Positions 1-12,200 of a stretch of DNA of 64,000 bases are shown piece after piece. This stretch comes from an uncultured Planctomycetaceae bacterium (GTDB taxonomy: Bacteria; Planctomycetota; Planctomycetia; Planctomycetales; Planctomycetaceae): positions 32,001 to 96,000 of the forward strand of contig CAWFGE010000010.1 of NCBI GenBank assembly GCA_963815195.1. Reading direction: 5' to 3'. Below the pieces are notes generated by a model. That model was not told the DNA's origin and searched no databases. It saw only the letters and a program-made list of their open reading frames with translations. Each line of letters opens with the position of its first letter. The stretch's first letter is position 1. Made by a program: the position numbers and the translations under genes.

Positions 1-154
1 CGCGCGGTCGAACGATGTCTCTCGAGGCGGCGCGGGTCGGGCCGAGATGGCCCGCGAGATGCGGGAATTGGTTTATGGGGAGCAGGCCTATCCGCGTAAG
101 CCGCACGATTTCGAATTAAAAAGCCAGGCAATAATTGGTAAAGCAGGTCAATCA

Positions 155-2491
155 ATGAAACGAAAACAATGGAACGGTTGGGGACTCGTCATCCTCTCGG
201 CGGCAACATTCGCGAGCGCACAAGAACCCAACTCGCCGAACTATGGGTTTGGGCCTTTGGAGATCTTCAAGCTCGAAAAACGCTCGGAAAGCATGGTGGC
301 GGGGGATTTCAATCACGACGGCCGGCGGGATGTGCTGCTGATCGACAACAGTCACAGCCGATTGGATCTGCTGCTTCAGCGGGCGGAAAAACCCGACAAG
401 GACGATCCCATTGATTCGACCGATGTGAATGCCATCAAATACGATTGGCGGTTCGAGTATAAACAAGTTCCGGTGGATAAAGAGGTCTCGTCGGTCGCGG
501 CGGGGGATTTTAATCACGATGGCAAAGACGACATCGCCTACTTCGGCGTGCCGGATCGTTTAATCGTGCGGACCCAAGGCGAAGGAACCGACTGGCCGGA
601 GCTGCTCAACATCCGGCTCGCCGATGTGCCCAAATCGCCTTGGCTGATCGCGGCCGGGGATTTGAACCACGACGGCCGCGATGACCTAGTCGTTTTGGGG
701 AAGACCGAAACCTATCTGATCTATCAGGAGGACGACGGCACGCTAGGCACGCCGAGCACGTTAATGAATACCTCCGACAAGCTCGCCCTCGCCCAGATCG
801 CCGACCTCGACGGGGACGGTCTCAACGATCTGTGCTACACGGCCGACGACGACGGCAACCGGGCGCTGTGCATGCGGATTCAAACTCCCGACGGCCGGTT
901 GGGGCCGGAGTGGGTCTTCGATTTGAACCGCCCGCGGTCGGTGACCTTGGGCGAGTTCGACGGCAAGCCCGGCAAAGAGATTTTCGTCGTCGATTCCCGC
1001 ACCAACCGCGTGAACGTGTTGAAGCTCGAACGCCCGGACGCCCAGAGCGAGGAACCGTTCTCTCGGCTGATTCAATACGGCTTCGGCGAGTCCGGGGCTG
1101 GCCGAGACCGCGAAATGGCGACCGGAGACATCGACGGCGACGGCCTGTTGGATGTCGTCGTCACCGATCCCTCCGCAGCGCAGCTTCTCGTGTTCCGGCA
1201 GCACAAGCGGCAAGGGTTGGACTCCGGCACGACTTACCCCGCCCTCGTGGGTGCCACGCAGGTGAGGATCGCCCAATTCGGGAAAGGCCCTGCGAGCGTG
1301 ATCGTCCTCAGCCCGCGCGAAAAGACAATGGGCGTCTCCAAGTTTGAAGACGGCCGGCTCACCTTTCCCACCTCGATGCCGCTGCCGATCGAACCCTTGG
1401 CGTTTGAAGTCACCGATCTCGACGGCGACAACACTCCCGAAGTCCTGTACCTCGGTGAAGCCCGCGACAAAGACCGCAGCGACGAGTATCAACTGGCCGC
1501 TCTGAAATGGACCGCGAAAGGCTGGGAAGATTTCGGCCTCGGCAAAGACAAAACGATCAAGATGGATTTGAACAGCGAACCCGAACGCCTCAAACGGCTC
1601 GATGCCAACCAGGACGGCCGGCCCGATTTTCTGGTGTTCTACGGCGGCGGCCGCACGCCGACGTTATTGCTGACCGACAAAGCCGGCGTTCCAGAGCGGA
1701 CCGAAACGCCGGGCGGGATTCAGTTGGGCGATGTGTCCCGCGAATCGGTGTTCATTAAACCCTCTGCGAAAGACAAATCCTCCGAGATCCCACAAGGGCG
1801 CTGCCTCGTCGCGCACGATACCTTCGCCCGCGAACTCGTTTTGGATAAGACCCACCAATGGCAGGTACTCGATCAATACAACGCCTCCGAAGCGAGCGCC
1901 CGCATCGCAGGCGTGGCCGCGGTGAACCTCGACGGCGAAGCGGGCGATGAAGTCGTGCTCGTGGACACCGGCATCAAAAAGCTCCGTGTGCTCCGCCGGC
2001 AGGATTCGCTCTATCGGCGGTGGAAGGAAATCGACCTGGGCGTGTTCCCCTTCGTCTCGACGCACGTCGACGACCTCAACGGCGATAAACAAGACGACCT
2101 CGTGATTTTCGGTCGCAGCAAGTTCGGCGTCGTTTACACGGGCCAGTCCAACTCGCAACTCAAGCGGATCGCGAGCTACGAAACCAAGCTCGAGAACGTC
2201 TATTTCGCCGACGTCGCCGTGGGCGACTTGAACGGCGACGGCAAGTCCGACCTCGCCGTGATCGACACCCGCGAGCACTACGTGGAGATTCTCCAGCACG
2301 ATGAAGAAGCCGGCCTCAAACACGCGTTGCATTTCAAGGTGTTCGAGGAAAAGAGCTTCACCCGCACCGGCGCCCCCGGCAACGAGCCTCGCGAAACGCT
2401 GATCGTCGACGTCACAGGCGACCACCGCGCGGACCTGGTCCTCTTAACCCACGACCGCGTCCTCTTATATCCGCAGGATGATGGAAAGTGA
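155..2491 (+). CDS. Secreted FG-GAP/VCBS-repeat beta-propeller protein
   Basis: Many GD(F/L)N(H/G)DG-x-DD Ca-binding repeats; signal-peptide-like N-terminus (MKRKQWNGWGLVILSAATFASA) from ATG 155 within ORF 47..2491. Confidence 0.85.
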   Translation: MKRKQWNGWGLVILSAATFASAQEPNSPNYGFGPLEIFKLEKRSESMVAGDFNHDGRRDVLLIDNSHSRLDLLLQRAEKPDKDDPIDSTDVNAIKYDWRFEYKQVPVDKEVSSVAAGDFNHDGKDDIAYFGVPDRLIVRTQGEGTDWPELLNIRLADVPKSPWLIAAGDLNHDGRDDLVVLGKTETYLIYQEDDGTLGTPSTLMNTSDKLALAQIADLDGDGLNDLCYTADDDGNRALCMRIQTPDGRLGPEWVFDLNRPRSVTLGEFDGKPGKEIFVVDSRTNRVNVLKLERPDAQSEEPFSRLIQYGFGESGAGRDREMATGDIDGDGLLDVVVTDPSAAQLLVFRQHKRQGLDSGTTYPALVGATQVRIAQFGKGPASVIVLSPREKTMGVSKFEDGRLTFPTSMPLPIEPLAFEVTDLDGDNTPEVLYLGEARDKDRSDEYQLAALKWTAKGWEDFGLGKDKTIKMDLNSEPERLKRLDANQDGRPDFLVFYGGGRTPTLLLTDKAGVPERTETPGGIQLGDVSRESVFIKPSAKDKSSEIPQGRCLVAHDTFARELVLDKTHQWQVLDQYNASEASARIAGVAAVNLDGEAGDEVVLVDTGIKKLRVLRRQDSLYRRWKEIDLGVFPFVSTHVDDLNGDKQDDLVIFGRSKFGVVYTGQSNSQLKRIASYETKLENVYFADVAVGDLNGDGKSDLAVIDTREHYVEILQHDEEAGLKHALHFKVFEEKSFTRTGAPGNEPRETLIVDVTGDHRADLVLLTHDRVLLYPQDDGK

Positions 2492-2612
2492 TTTTCAACT
2501 GGTGAGCGGACCAACCTTCGGTCGGTGCCCGCGTCAGCCCCATGATCGTTTTGAAGGTCGTAAACGTTTCATTTGTTGGGCGTGACCAGCCAGCGTACGC
2601 TGGCCGCTCGCC

Positions 2613-3095
2613 TTACGCGGGGAACTGATTGGGGCTGAGCATCCATTCGAGGACCCCTTGGGCTTCGGCGACGGGGCCGTCGAAGCGGACACTGGCGATC
2701 GTGGCCGGTTGGAACCTGAGCCTTCCTCCCGCGACCAATGCGGCGGTGCACCAGCTCATGCGGGGTTCGTGGCCGACGACGGCGACTGTCTCCGCCTTCG
2801 TCGAGCGGAGTTCCTTGAGCAGTTCCTCGAGCGGCATTCCCGATCCGATCCAATGCCGGGCGTCTCCATCCGACAAATGCTGCCCGCTGGCCTCGGCAAA
2901 CAAAGCGGCCGTCTGCCGGGCGCGGACGAGCGGACTATAGAAAATGCGGTCCGGCACGATGCCCCGCTCCACGAGCCACATGGCCATCTTCGAAAACACC
3001 CGCCGGCCCCGATCGGTCAGCGGCCGCTCAAAGTCCCCGCCGGGCACGCTCCCCGGTTCGGCGGCGAAACTATGCCGGATCATCAAGACTTGCAT
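2613..3095 (-). CDS. sixA: SixA-like phosphohistidine phosphatase (histidine phosphatase superfamily)
   Basis: MIRHS, RPLTDRGR, SPLVRARQTA and VGHEP motifs; 160 aa. Confidence 0.8.
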   Translation of the reverse strand: MQVLMIRHSFAAEPGSVPGGDFERPLTDRGRRVFSKMAMWLVERGIVPDRIFYSPLVRARQTAALFAEASGQHLSDGDARHWIGSGMPLEELLKELRSTKAETVAVVGHEPRMSWCTAALVAGGRLRFQPATIASVRFDGPVAEAQGVLEWMLSPNQFPA

Positions 3096-3121
3096 GGGAC
3101 CTGCCCACTAAACTGCGATAC

Positions 3122-3305
3122 GGAAATCAACCGCGAAAATCGGAAATCCGAATCTCGAAATCCGAAACAAATTCCAATGCTCAAAATCCCAAGCCCCAAA
3201 CTGCGAATAGGCGGTCTCTTCCGAAATGGAAAGTCGATTTGTTTTGGACATTCGGATTTGGGATTTTGAATTTGTTTCGGATTTCGGATTTCGTGCTTCG
3301 AATCT
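3122..3305. repeat. Inverted array of degenerate heptamers (AAATCCG-type)
   Basis: Left arm ...cgaaatccgaaacaaattc...; right arm gaatttgtttcggatttcg... is its reverse complement. Confidence 0.85.
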
Positions 3306-3332
3306 CCGTCCAAACACCACGCAGTATTGACA

Positions 3333-4772
3333 TTAAACCAATATGTTTCTGACGACCTCGCCGTGCACGTCGGTCAGGCGGAAGCGGCGGCCTTGGAATT
3401 TGTAGGTCAGTTTTTCGTGGTCGATGCCCAACAGGTGGAGCATCGTGGCATGCAGGTCGTGGACGTGCACGGGATTCTCGGTGATGTTGTAGCTGAAATC
3501 GTCCGTTTCGCCAAACGTCATGCCCGGGCGAACGCCGCCGCCGGCCATCCACATCGAAAAACACCGCGGGTGATGATCGCGGCCGTAGTCGTCGGGCGTC
3601 AGTCGGCCCTGGCAATACACGGTGCGGCCGAACTCTCCGCCCCAGACGACGAGCGTGTCTTTGAGCAAGCCCCGCTGCTTGAGATCCCGCACGAGCGCCG
3701 CCGACGCCTGGTCGGTGTCCCGGCATTGTTTTTCGATGCCCTTGGGGAGTTCCGTGTGCTGGTCCCAGCCGCGGTGAAAGAGTTGCACGAACCGCACGTC
3801 CCGCTCGGCGAGTCGGCGGGCGAGCAGGCAGTTCGCCGCGAACGTGCCGGGCTTCTTGGCGTCGGGGCCGTAGAGGTCGAAGATGTGCTCCGGTTCGTTG
3901 GAAATGTCAGTGAGTTCGGGCACCGAAGTTTGCATCTGGTAGGCCATCTCGTATTGGGAAATCCGCGTGGCGATTTCCGGATCGCCCCATTCCCGGAGCT
4001 TCAAGTGATTGAGCCGGGCGAGGTCGTCGAGCATCCGCCGGCGGGTGGATCGATCGATGCCTTTGGGATTGGAGAGAAACAGCACGGGATCGCCGATCGA
4101 GCGGAACTTCACGCCCTGGTATTTCGTCGGCAGAAATCCGCTGCCCCAAAGCCGGTCGTAAAGCGGCTGCCCGCCGCTGCCGGAGACGAGCGCGACGAAC
4201 GCGGGCAGGTTGGCGTTTTCGCTCCCGAGGCCGTAGGACAGCCAGGCCCCGATGCTCGGCCGGCCCGCGAGTTGGGCCCCGGTTTGAAAGAACGTAATCG
4301 CCGGGTCGTGGTTGATGGCTTCGGTGTGGAGCGAACGCAGGACGCAGAGTTCATCGGCCAGCTTCGCGGTGTGAGGCAAGAGTTCGCTGATCCAGGTCCC
4401 GCTTTCGCCCCGGCGTTCAAAGCGGTACTTGCTGGCGGCGACGGGGAAACTTTCCTGCGTGGCCGTCATGCCCGTCAGCCGCTGTCCGCGGCGAATAGAA
4501 TCGGGCAATTCGCTGCCCTGGAGCTTTTTCAAATTCGGTTTGTGATCGAACAAATCCAACTGCGACGGCGCGCCCGATTGAAACAGATAGATCACCCGCT
4601 TCGCCCGCGGCGAAAAATTCGGAAACGCGGCGGCAGCACCATTCGGTGTCTCGGCCGCCGGAAGATTCTCATTTCCCAAAAGCGAAGTAAGCGCCAAGCT
4701 TCCCAAGCCCAGGCCCGATCGCTTGAGGAAAGAACGGCGATGGAAGTCGGCCACGATCTGCTGTTCGGTCAT
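3333..4772 (-). CDS. DUF1501 domain-containing protein (Tat-like signal)
   Basis: [56 protein letters not shown]. Start placed at MTEQQ. Confidence 0.92.
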   Translation of the reverse strand: MTEQQIVADFHRRSFLKRSGLGLGSLALTSLLGNENLPAAETPNGAAAAFPNFSPRAKRVIYLFQSGAPSQLDLFDHKPNLKKLQGSELPDSIRRGQRLTGMTATQESFPVAASKYRFERRGESGTWISELLPHTAKLADELCVLRSLHTEAINHDPAITFFQTGAQLAGRPSIGAWLSYGLGSENANLPAFVALVSGSGGQPLYDRLWGSGFLPTKYQGVKFRSIGDPVLFLSNPKGIDRSTRRRMLDDLARLNHLKLREWGDPEIATRISQYEMAYQMQTSVPELTDISNEPEHIFDLYGPDAKKPGTFAANCLLARRLAERDVRFVQLFHRGWDQHTELPKGIEKQCRDTDQASAALVRDLKQRGLLKDTLVVWGGEFGRTVYCQGRLTPDDYGRDHHPRCFSMWMAGGGVRPGMTFGETDDFSYNITENPVHVHDLHATMLHLLGIDHEKLTYKFQGRRFRLTDVHGEVVRNILV

Positions 4773-4938
4773 TCGATTTGTCCTCGGTCCATTCCAGCAA
4801 CGCAAATCGCTCCGGCACGGAACAGGTGCGCTGCGGATTGACCTAATATAACAGCAGAACAGGTCGGTTGACAGGTTCGGATCGATCGAGACAGCCCCGA
4901 GGCGGCGATAGCAGAAGGTGATCCAAAAGAGACGGCAC

Positions 4939-5089
4939 AGCCGCGAAGCGGCGACAGCAATGGATTCTGGGGAAACATTATGCCACTCGCGAAGAATCGC
5001 TGTCGCCGCTTCGCGGCTCATTGGGTTTGGGTGCGATTCGGATCTGCAGGCTGACGCCTGCAGCGATCTGCTGCCGCCGCTTCGCGGCT
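4939..5089. repeat. REP-like palindrome cluster, family A (agccgcgaagcggcg)
   Basis: One forward and two inverted copies plus inner hairpin gcaggctgacgcctgc; a related element lies in opposite orientation at 51837-52028. Confidence 0.85.
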
Positions 5090-5179
5090 TCCTCTCTTGT
5101 TGGCCAACATTGTCCCGGCCACTCAGGCCAACGCAACACGCTACGAAACCAGGAGGCTTACGCCTCCCGCTCGCCGAAG

Positions 5180-7891
5180 CTACTTGTCCCAATCTTTGCC
5201 GACGGTCCAGCGGTAGTTGAGAACCCGGCGGCCGTTGGTCTGCTCGGCGCGGAGCCAGACTTCGTGGCCTTTGAGGGCGTCGGCGTTGGGGGCGAAATAC
5301 AGCTTCACGCTTTTGCCTTCGCCAAGCTTGGTGATGAGCGTCTTCTGCCGACGGGCTCCGGGAATGAACAGGCTGCATTCAAAGTTCAACATCTCCGTCG
5401 GCGAGGTTTTGTTGACGAGCGTCTGCTCGATCTCCAACAGGCCGTTTTCCAGCTTGCGATCGACGACCGTCAGCTCGACATCGCCTAAGCCAATCTCCAG
5501 CGGGCGGATGACGCGGAGGCGGTATTTTCGATCGGCGTCGATCTCCACGTCGATTGCCATCTGCTCGGTGCCCAGGGTCGCATTGGGCGGGAGCGTGAGT
5601 TGCACGGGCAGGCGGTAGGCTTCGTTCACGCCGGCCTGCAGCGCAAACGTCCTCGGCTCGACTTCCCACTCGGAGGGCACGTTCAACGTGACCTTGCCGC
5701 TCACGCCTTGGGCAAACGTGTTCCGGCCGAGAATGTTCTCCCGGTGCACGCCGGTGGCGCTCGCGAGCCGGCCGGTTTCAAACTGCATGGCCAGCCGCCA
5801 GCGGGCGATCGGCCCGGAGCAGCCGCGGACGACCAAAGGCATCGGCCCGACTTTCAATTCCTGCTGCCCCGTGTCGGGATTGACCGCGAGGTGTGTTTGC
5901 TCGCCCCACAGGTTGATCGCGGTGACTTCGGTTTCCGTCCCGAGGTAGATCGTCTCGGTCACCGGCTGATCGTTCCACACGAACATCACCACGTCCTTGC
6001 GGCCGTCGCGTTGAAACAGGAAGTTCCGGCTGCCGCCCGGCAATTGGAACGAGCCAAGATAACTCGCCCCCTGGAGCGCGAGCGCCGTCGTCCGCCACGG
6101 CAAGAACAACAGCGTCGGCGAGCCGTCGGGATTTAAGAGGCCGTGCTCCTTGTCGAGCACATCCTGAGCGAAGATGGCATCGGCCCGGTTCATCTTGGCC
6201 GCGACCATTCGCTTGACGAGATCCGCTCCGCGTTCTTCCGCGGTGTGTTTCGATTTGGCCAGCGGCTTGAGCAGCACCCACCGCGAAAATGCGGTCGCCG
6301 GCTGCCCGCCTTGAAACTCGATGCGGGAGTCCGGCGATTGGCCGAGCGATAAGAACGTCCGCGAAAGCCCTTTGTCATCCGGCAGCGGCGTGCCGGCGTC
6401 CCAAAAGACGCCGATCCGCGTATCCCGCCCGATGCGGTCGAACTGCCGCTTGATGGAACCCAGCGTCTCCGGCAGGTCCTGCATCCCCACGAAGCTGCCG
6501 TCCCGGTCGTCGCCCAATTGCCAATACTGCACCGTCGAGGAATACTTCGCGAGTACCGGATCGAGCGACGGCGACCAGAAGCCGGGCGATTGATTGAAGA
6601 TCTCGCTGATGCCGGTCCAGTTCGGAGCGAACTTGCGGCGAAGTTCAGGCGGCGGATCGTTGAGCAATCCCACCGGCTGGATCCGCCTGAGCGTGAGGAG
6701 TTCGAAGAACTGCGACAAGGCCCCCGAGCGGTCACTGTTGCCGGAATACACCGAACTCCACACGGGATGCTTGAGCCAGTTGATGCCGCCCTGAAGCGCG
6801 ACGTCGACCAAATCTTTCAATGCCAGATCGCCGGTGCCGTGAGGAAACGACCAGCCGAATTCCCCGTCGAGGCGATGATCGACCAGATCCAAAACGGCGA
6901 ACGTGGCCTGCTTCTGAAAGATCATCACGTCGTCGCGCCACAGCGAAGCCTGCACGCGGTAGATTCCATAATCTTGCGGCGCCAGATCCCAGGACACGGT
7001 CCGCGGCTTGGGCGGGCCGGCGGTTTGCGACGCCCGCTCTTCCCCATAAACCGGGAGTTCGACGCTCCGCTCGTCCCGCACCCGGCCCCGGCTGTCGATC
7101 ATCGTCAAATCCAACCGGTACGCCGGCTGGACCGGCACCGCCGCCGGCAGCGACAGCCCCAGCGGAGGACACGCCGGAAACAGCACCGGCGGCAAGGCAT
7201 CCAATCCGCTCAGGCGGGTTTCGATTTTCACGGGCGAGCCGGGTTCGACAAATTGCGTGCGAAAGTTACTGACCAGTTCCAACTGCGGCAGCCGGCCCAT
7301 CCACAAGTCGTCGAACCACGCCTCGCCTTCGATGTCCGCGGAGGCCCCGTTGACGAGATGGCAGCCCACCACGACGAACCGCACGTCGGAACGAGGCGTA
7401 AGCGGGCCGATCCGCACTTGCTGCCAATCGCCAAACGTCCCGCTCACCGGGCGGGTGAGGAAGCGTTGAATCCGCTGGCGTTTGTGGTTCAAAAACGACA
7501 GCGAAATCACCGCGGCGTCGTTTTTTAGCTTTCGCGTCTTGATGAACGCTTGGAAAACGTACGCGTGCAAGGGATCGATCCGCCACACGGGCGAATAGAG
7601 AATCGCCGGCCCGCCGTTCGCTTGAAAACTGAGGCTCTGCCCGCCGTGCTTGCCTTGGGCGCGGTCGATCTCCACCGGGATGTAATGCGGGAAATCGCGG
7701 CCGATCCGCCGGGTCCAATCGTCCGGCTGCCGGTCGTAATCCAAGTCCTGATTGTTCTCAAACGAGAACCGAAACACCTCGATGGCTCCGGTGAAGGGGT
7801 CATCCAGCTCCGCCGCCGCCGCCGGATTCCCCCAGGCGATCTGGTACAGGGCCCAGGCAGCCACTAAGATGACGTAACGCGATAAGGGCAT
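5180..7891 (-). CDS. Large secreted protein: carbohydrate-binding-like N-terminus, GH-like central region, NEW3/Ig-like C-terminus
   Basis: 903-aa ORF with signal peptide; GEAWFDDL jelly-roll-like segment; [22 protein letters not shown]. Confidence 0.65.
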   Translation of the reverse strand: MPLSRYVILVAAWALYQIAWGNPAAAAELDDPFTGAIEVFRFSFENNQDLDYDRQPDDWTRRIGRDFPHYIPVEIDRAQGKHGGQSLSFQANGGPAILYSPVWRIDPLHAYVFQAFIKTRKLKNDAAVISLSFLNHKRQRIQRFLTRPVSGTFGDWQQVRIGPLTPRSDVRFVVVGCHLVNGASADIEGEAWFDDLWMGRLPQLELVSNFRTQFVEPGSPVKIETRLSGLDALPPVLFPACPPLGLSLPAAVPVQPAYRLDLTMIDSRGRVRDERSVELPVYGEERASQTAGPPKPRTVSWDLAPQDYGIYRVQASLWRDDVMIFQKQATFAVLDLVDHRLDGEFGWSFPHGTGDLALKDLVDVALQGGINWLKHPVWSSVYSGNSDRSGALSQFFELLTLRRIQPVGLLNDPPPELRRKFAPNWTGISEIFNQSPGFWSPSLDPVLAKYSSTVQYWQLGDDRDGSFVGMQDLPETLGSIKRQFDRIGRDTRIGVFWDAGTPLPDDKGLSRTFLSLGQSPDSRIEFQGGQPATAFSRWVLLKPLAKSKHTAEERGADLVKRMVAAKMNRADAIFAQDVLDKEHGLLNPDGSPTLLFLPWRTTALALQGASYLGSFQLPGGSRNFLFQRDGRKDVVMFVWNDQPVTETIYLGTETEVTAINLWGEQTHLAVNPDTGQQELKVGPMPLVVRGCSGPIARWRLAMQFETGRLASATGVHRENILGRNTFAQGVSGKVTLNVPSEWEVEPRTFALQAGVNEAYRLPVQLTLPPNATLGTEQMAIDVEIDADRKYRLRVIRPLEIGLGDVELTVVDRKLENGLLEIEQTLVNKTSPTEMLNFECSLFIPGARRQKTLITKLGEGKSVKLYFAPNADALKGHEVWLRAEQTNGRRVLNYRWTVGKDWDK

Positions 7892-8147
7892 GAAGGAGTC
7901 TTCGGTGTTCGAGAAAAACCGTTCGAACGATCAACCGGAACGCGATAGCGACCGGTGGGTTTGAGGGAACCGGGGGCGGACCGCCCTGCGGCTAATAAAT
8001 CGCAGGCGATTCAGTACAAATCGGACAATCGATTTCCCCAAATGCAGCCAATCGCCGACCGCAGCGGTTCTGCGGATTCGACCGATTGAACCGCGGATTT
8101 GCGAACGTCAGTCGTTCAAAACGTTTGGAGAATGATTGGGTGACTTG

Positions 8148-8218
8148 AGAGCCGCGCACGAAGTAAGCGGTTTGGTGACTTCAGCGATCGCAAGACCGCT
8201 TACTTCGTGCGCGGCTCT
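8148..8218. repeat. REP-like inverted repeat, family B (agagccgcgcacgaagtaagcgg)
   Basis: Perfect 23-bp inverted repeat 8148-8170 / 8196-8218; same unit at 22033-22143. Confidence 0.92.
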
Positions 8219-8275
8219 TTTAACGACTGAGTGGAATTCAGATTTTCAGAACATTTTTGAGGTTCATTTTGCGAT

Positions 8276-9064
8276 ATGTTTCCGCTTCGAATGGCAGTGG
8301 CAACCCGCGCGCTTCAGGAACCGCTCAAACGGGCCGTGCAGACGGCGGCGGAAATGGGCGCCCAGGGCGTGCAGTTTGATGTGCGCAACGAAGTCCGGCC
8401 CGGCGAACTGACCGAAACCGGCCGCCGGCAGTTGCTGCACTATCTGGACGAACTGAACCTCAGCGTGGCCTCGGCGGTGTTTCCCACCCGGCGGGCGTTT
8501 TACGATCAGGAGGAACTCGAAGCCCGCATCGCCGGAGCCCGGCAGGCGATGGAATTCGCATTTCAACTCAAATCGAACGTGCTCACGCTGCGCATCGGCC
8601 GCATCCCGGAAGATGCGGACTCTGCCGAATACGAAATCCTCCGCAACGTGCTCAATGACCTGGCTCGGCACGGAAACCGCGTGGGCGTGACGCTGGCTGT
8701 CACCCCGACCCGCGACGAGCCCGCTCGCTTGCTAGAATTCTTAAAGCAAATCACCCAAGGCCCCGTGGGCATGAATTACGACCCCGCCAACTTTGTAATG
8801 GCGGGTTATCATCCCGCCCGGGCCCTCGAAACGCTCGCGGATTACCTTGTGCACATCCTCGTGCGCGACGGCGTTCGCGACATCGACGGCGGCGGATTGG
8901 AAGTCCCCGTGGGCCGGGGGGAAGTCGAGTGGGAAGAAGTCCTCGCCCTGTTGGACGAGGCCGGCTACCAGAACTGGCTGACTCTCGACCGCACGCAAGG
9001 CGACGACCACGCCGGCGACATCCGCCGCGCGATGCAATACCTCCGCAACGTCGCGGTCGGGTAA
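8276..9064 (+). CDS. Sugar phosphate isomerase/epimerase (xylose isomerase-like TIM barrel)
   Basis: NYDPAN, HILVRD, VPVGRGEVEW and GYQNWLTLD motifs; 262 aa. Confidence 0.85.
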   Translation: MFPLRMAVATRALQEPLKRAVQTAAEMGAQGVQFDVRNEVRPGELTETGRRQLLHYLDELNLSVASAVFPTRRAFYDQEELEARIAGARQAMEFAFQLKSNVLTLRIGRIPEDADSAEYEILRNVLNDLARHGNRVGVTLAVTPTRDEPARLLEFLKQITQGPVGMNYDPANFVMAGYHPARALETLADYLVHILVRDGVRDIDGGGLEVPVGRGEVEWEEVLALLDEAGYQNWLTLDRTQGDDHAGDIRRAMQYLRNVAVG

Positions 9065-9254
9065 ACGGTCCGCGCGAAAGTCGTCAAAACTCGGGTTCAA
9101 AAAACACCGATTATATCGAATCTGCCAGCCAGGCCGGTGTGAATCTGTAAATTCCCCTTGAACTCTTGCTGTTTCTCTTTGCGATTGCTTCCGGATGCGC
9201 CTACTGTCGGACTTAGGCGTATTCTGTGGGATATTTCCAACGTGGAGAGAATTC

Positions 9255-12200
9255 ATGCGGCAAAGATTGTCAGGGTTGTCCCGGCGGAGAGCTTGGCGGC
9301 GGGAGTTGAGTTTCGCCTCGGAAATCGAGCTCTTGGAAGATCGAACTCTTCTCGCCGTCGCGGGGCTAACGGGAGATCCCACCGATTATGCCGCGGATAG
9401 CATCCTCGTCCGCTACCGCGATGACAATCCCCACGAGTCGGCGGCCCCACAGAGTTCAGTGGGGAATTTTTTCACCGATGTTCCGGGTCTGCGAGTGGTG
9501 CATCTCAGTCAAGGCGTGACGGTGGCCGATGCCGTGGCGGACTACCGCTCGGACCCGAACGTGCTGTATGCCGAGCCGAATTACCTGGTCCATGTGGATC
9601 AGATTCCGAACGATCCGCAGTTCGACGCCCAGTGGGGCATGAACAATACCGGCCAAACCGGCGGCACGGTCGACGCCGACATCGATGCCCCTGAAGCCTG
9701 GAACTTCAACACCGGCCACGGCAACACCCTGGTCGCCGTGATCGACACCGGCGTGGACTACACGCACGAAGATTTGGCCCAGAACATCTGGGTCAATCCC
9801 GGCGAGATCCCCGGCGACGGGATCGACAACGACAACAACGGGTTCGTCGATGACATCCACGGCTACAATTTCGCCTACGGCAACGGCAACCCCTTGGACG
9901 ACCACGACCACGGCACGCACGTCGCGGGCATCATCGGGGCGGTGGGCAACAACGGCGTGGGCGTCGCCGGCGTGAACTGGGACGTCAAAATCATGGCCGT
10001 CAAGTTCCTCGACTACAGCGGCAGCGGTTCCATCAGCGATGCGATCCAGGGGATCTATTACGCGGTCAACAACGGGGCCCAGATCTCGAATAACAGTTGG
10101 GGCCTCAACGGAGCCTATTCGCAGGCCCTCCAGGATGCCCTCGAATACGCCCGCGACGCCGGGCACATCTTCGTCGCCGCCGCGGGCAATGGAAACAGCG
10201 CCGGCGTGGGCCAGAACAACGATCTGATCCCCTTCTGGCCGGCCAATCACGATTTGGACAACGTGGTTTCCGTGGCGGCTCTCGATCACAACGATCAAAT
10301 CGCCAGCTTCTCGAATTACGGAGCCACCACCGTCGATGTGGGCGCTCCGGGCGTGCATATCTTGAGCACGACTATCGACGACACCTACAGCACGTTCAGC
10401 GGCACCTCGATGGCCACGCCGCACGTCACGGGGCTGCTGTCGCTCATCTGGGACCAGCATCCCGATTGGAATTGGCAGCAGGTTCTCGATCGATTCTATG
10501 AAACACTGGAGCCGGTGGATTCGCTGCAGGGGATCACGGTCACCGGTTCGAAAATCAACGCCGCCGCCGCGGTGGGGCCGGATGTCACGGGGCCGCAGCT
10601 CAGGTTCACCGATCCCAGCGGGTTCATTTTCGATCCGATCCGTTCGATCCGCGTGCAAGCCAGCGAAGCCTTGGACCCGGCGAATTTCGGGCCCGAAAAT
10701 ATTTTGAGCTTCATGGGACCCAACGGCGAGATTCCCGTCACCGATGTGGTCCCCGTGCCGGGCGAACGCAATCGCATTTTCGAGATCCAGTTCCCGCTTC
10801 AGGATGTGATGGGGCCGTACCGCTTGACGTTGGGCGGCGGCATCACGGACATGGCGGGGAATGTGTTGGACCAGGACCGCGACGGCATTGGCGGCGAAGC
10901 GGTCGATGACACCTTCGATGCCGCGTTCGATCTCGTGCCTTTTTTCTCCAAGCTCGATTTTGGAACCTCTTCGTCGCCGGTGCAAAAAGGCTTCCAGCGG
11001 GTCGATCCTTCGATGGCTTACACCTCCGAGCGAGGCTTCGGTTGGACGGCGGGCACGATCGACACCCGCGACCGCGGGGACAATTCGGGCGACGATCTGA
11101 CGCGGGACTTCGACTATGCCACGGGAAGTGCGGAACTCGCGGTGGATGTCCCCGCCGAGCCCGCGGTGTACGACGTGACAATTACGATGGGCGACGGCTC
11201 CACCGGCACTGGGCCGCGCGACGACATCGCCATTTTCATCGAAGGCCAGCAACTCGCGACCGTCACCACCAACCCAGGCGAATATGTCGTCACAACGTTC
11301 CAGGTGACGATCTCCGACGGCCAGTTCAACCTGCGGTTGGAAGACCAGGGCGGCTCCGATCCGCTGGTGCTGATCAACGGGCTAGTGGTCGAAGCCGAGG
11401 GCCCGGACCTCGTCGGCCCGCGGGTCGTCAAATCCGTGCCCTCGACGGAAACCTCCGGACCGCTCGACCGCTTCACGATCACCTTCGATGAAGCCGTCGA
11501 TCCCAACAGCTTCACCACGGCCGATGTCATCAGCTTGACAGGGCCGTCGGGAGCGATCACGCCCACGGAAGTCCGCGAAGTCGCACCGACGATCTTCGAG
11601 ATCCTGTTCGCCCCGCAGACCGAACTCGGAGAATACAGCCTGACCATCGGCCCCGACATCGCCGACCTCGCGGGCAATCCGATGGACCAGGACGAAGACC
11701 GCGTGAACGGCGAGCCGCTTCAAGATACTTACAGCGCCTCCGCCGAGCTGGTTCCGATCCAGCCCTTCGACACGCAGTACGACTTCGGCGTGTATAACTC
11801 TCCCGTGGCGGCGGGTTATGTGCAGGTTTTGCCGAACACGACGTACAACAGCACGCAGGGCTTCGGCTGGGTGAGCGGGGCCATCGACGGCCGGGACCGC
11901 GGAGCGACCACCGGCGACGAGGCGACCCGCGACTTCAACTTCACCCCCCTCGGCACGTTCGTGGTCGATGTGCCCTCCGATGCGGTGTATAACGTCACGA
12001 TCACCATGGGCGACGGCCTGGGCTATGTCCGCGATGACATGGGCGTGTTTCTGGAAGGCGAACTCGTGGATTCCGTCACCGCCGACGGCACCCAGTACGC
12101 GGTGCGGACCTATCAAGTCCGCGTGACCGACGGGCAGTTGACCTTGAAACTGGACGACCTGGGCGGCGATCCGCTGGTGATGATCAACGCCCTCCACGTC

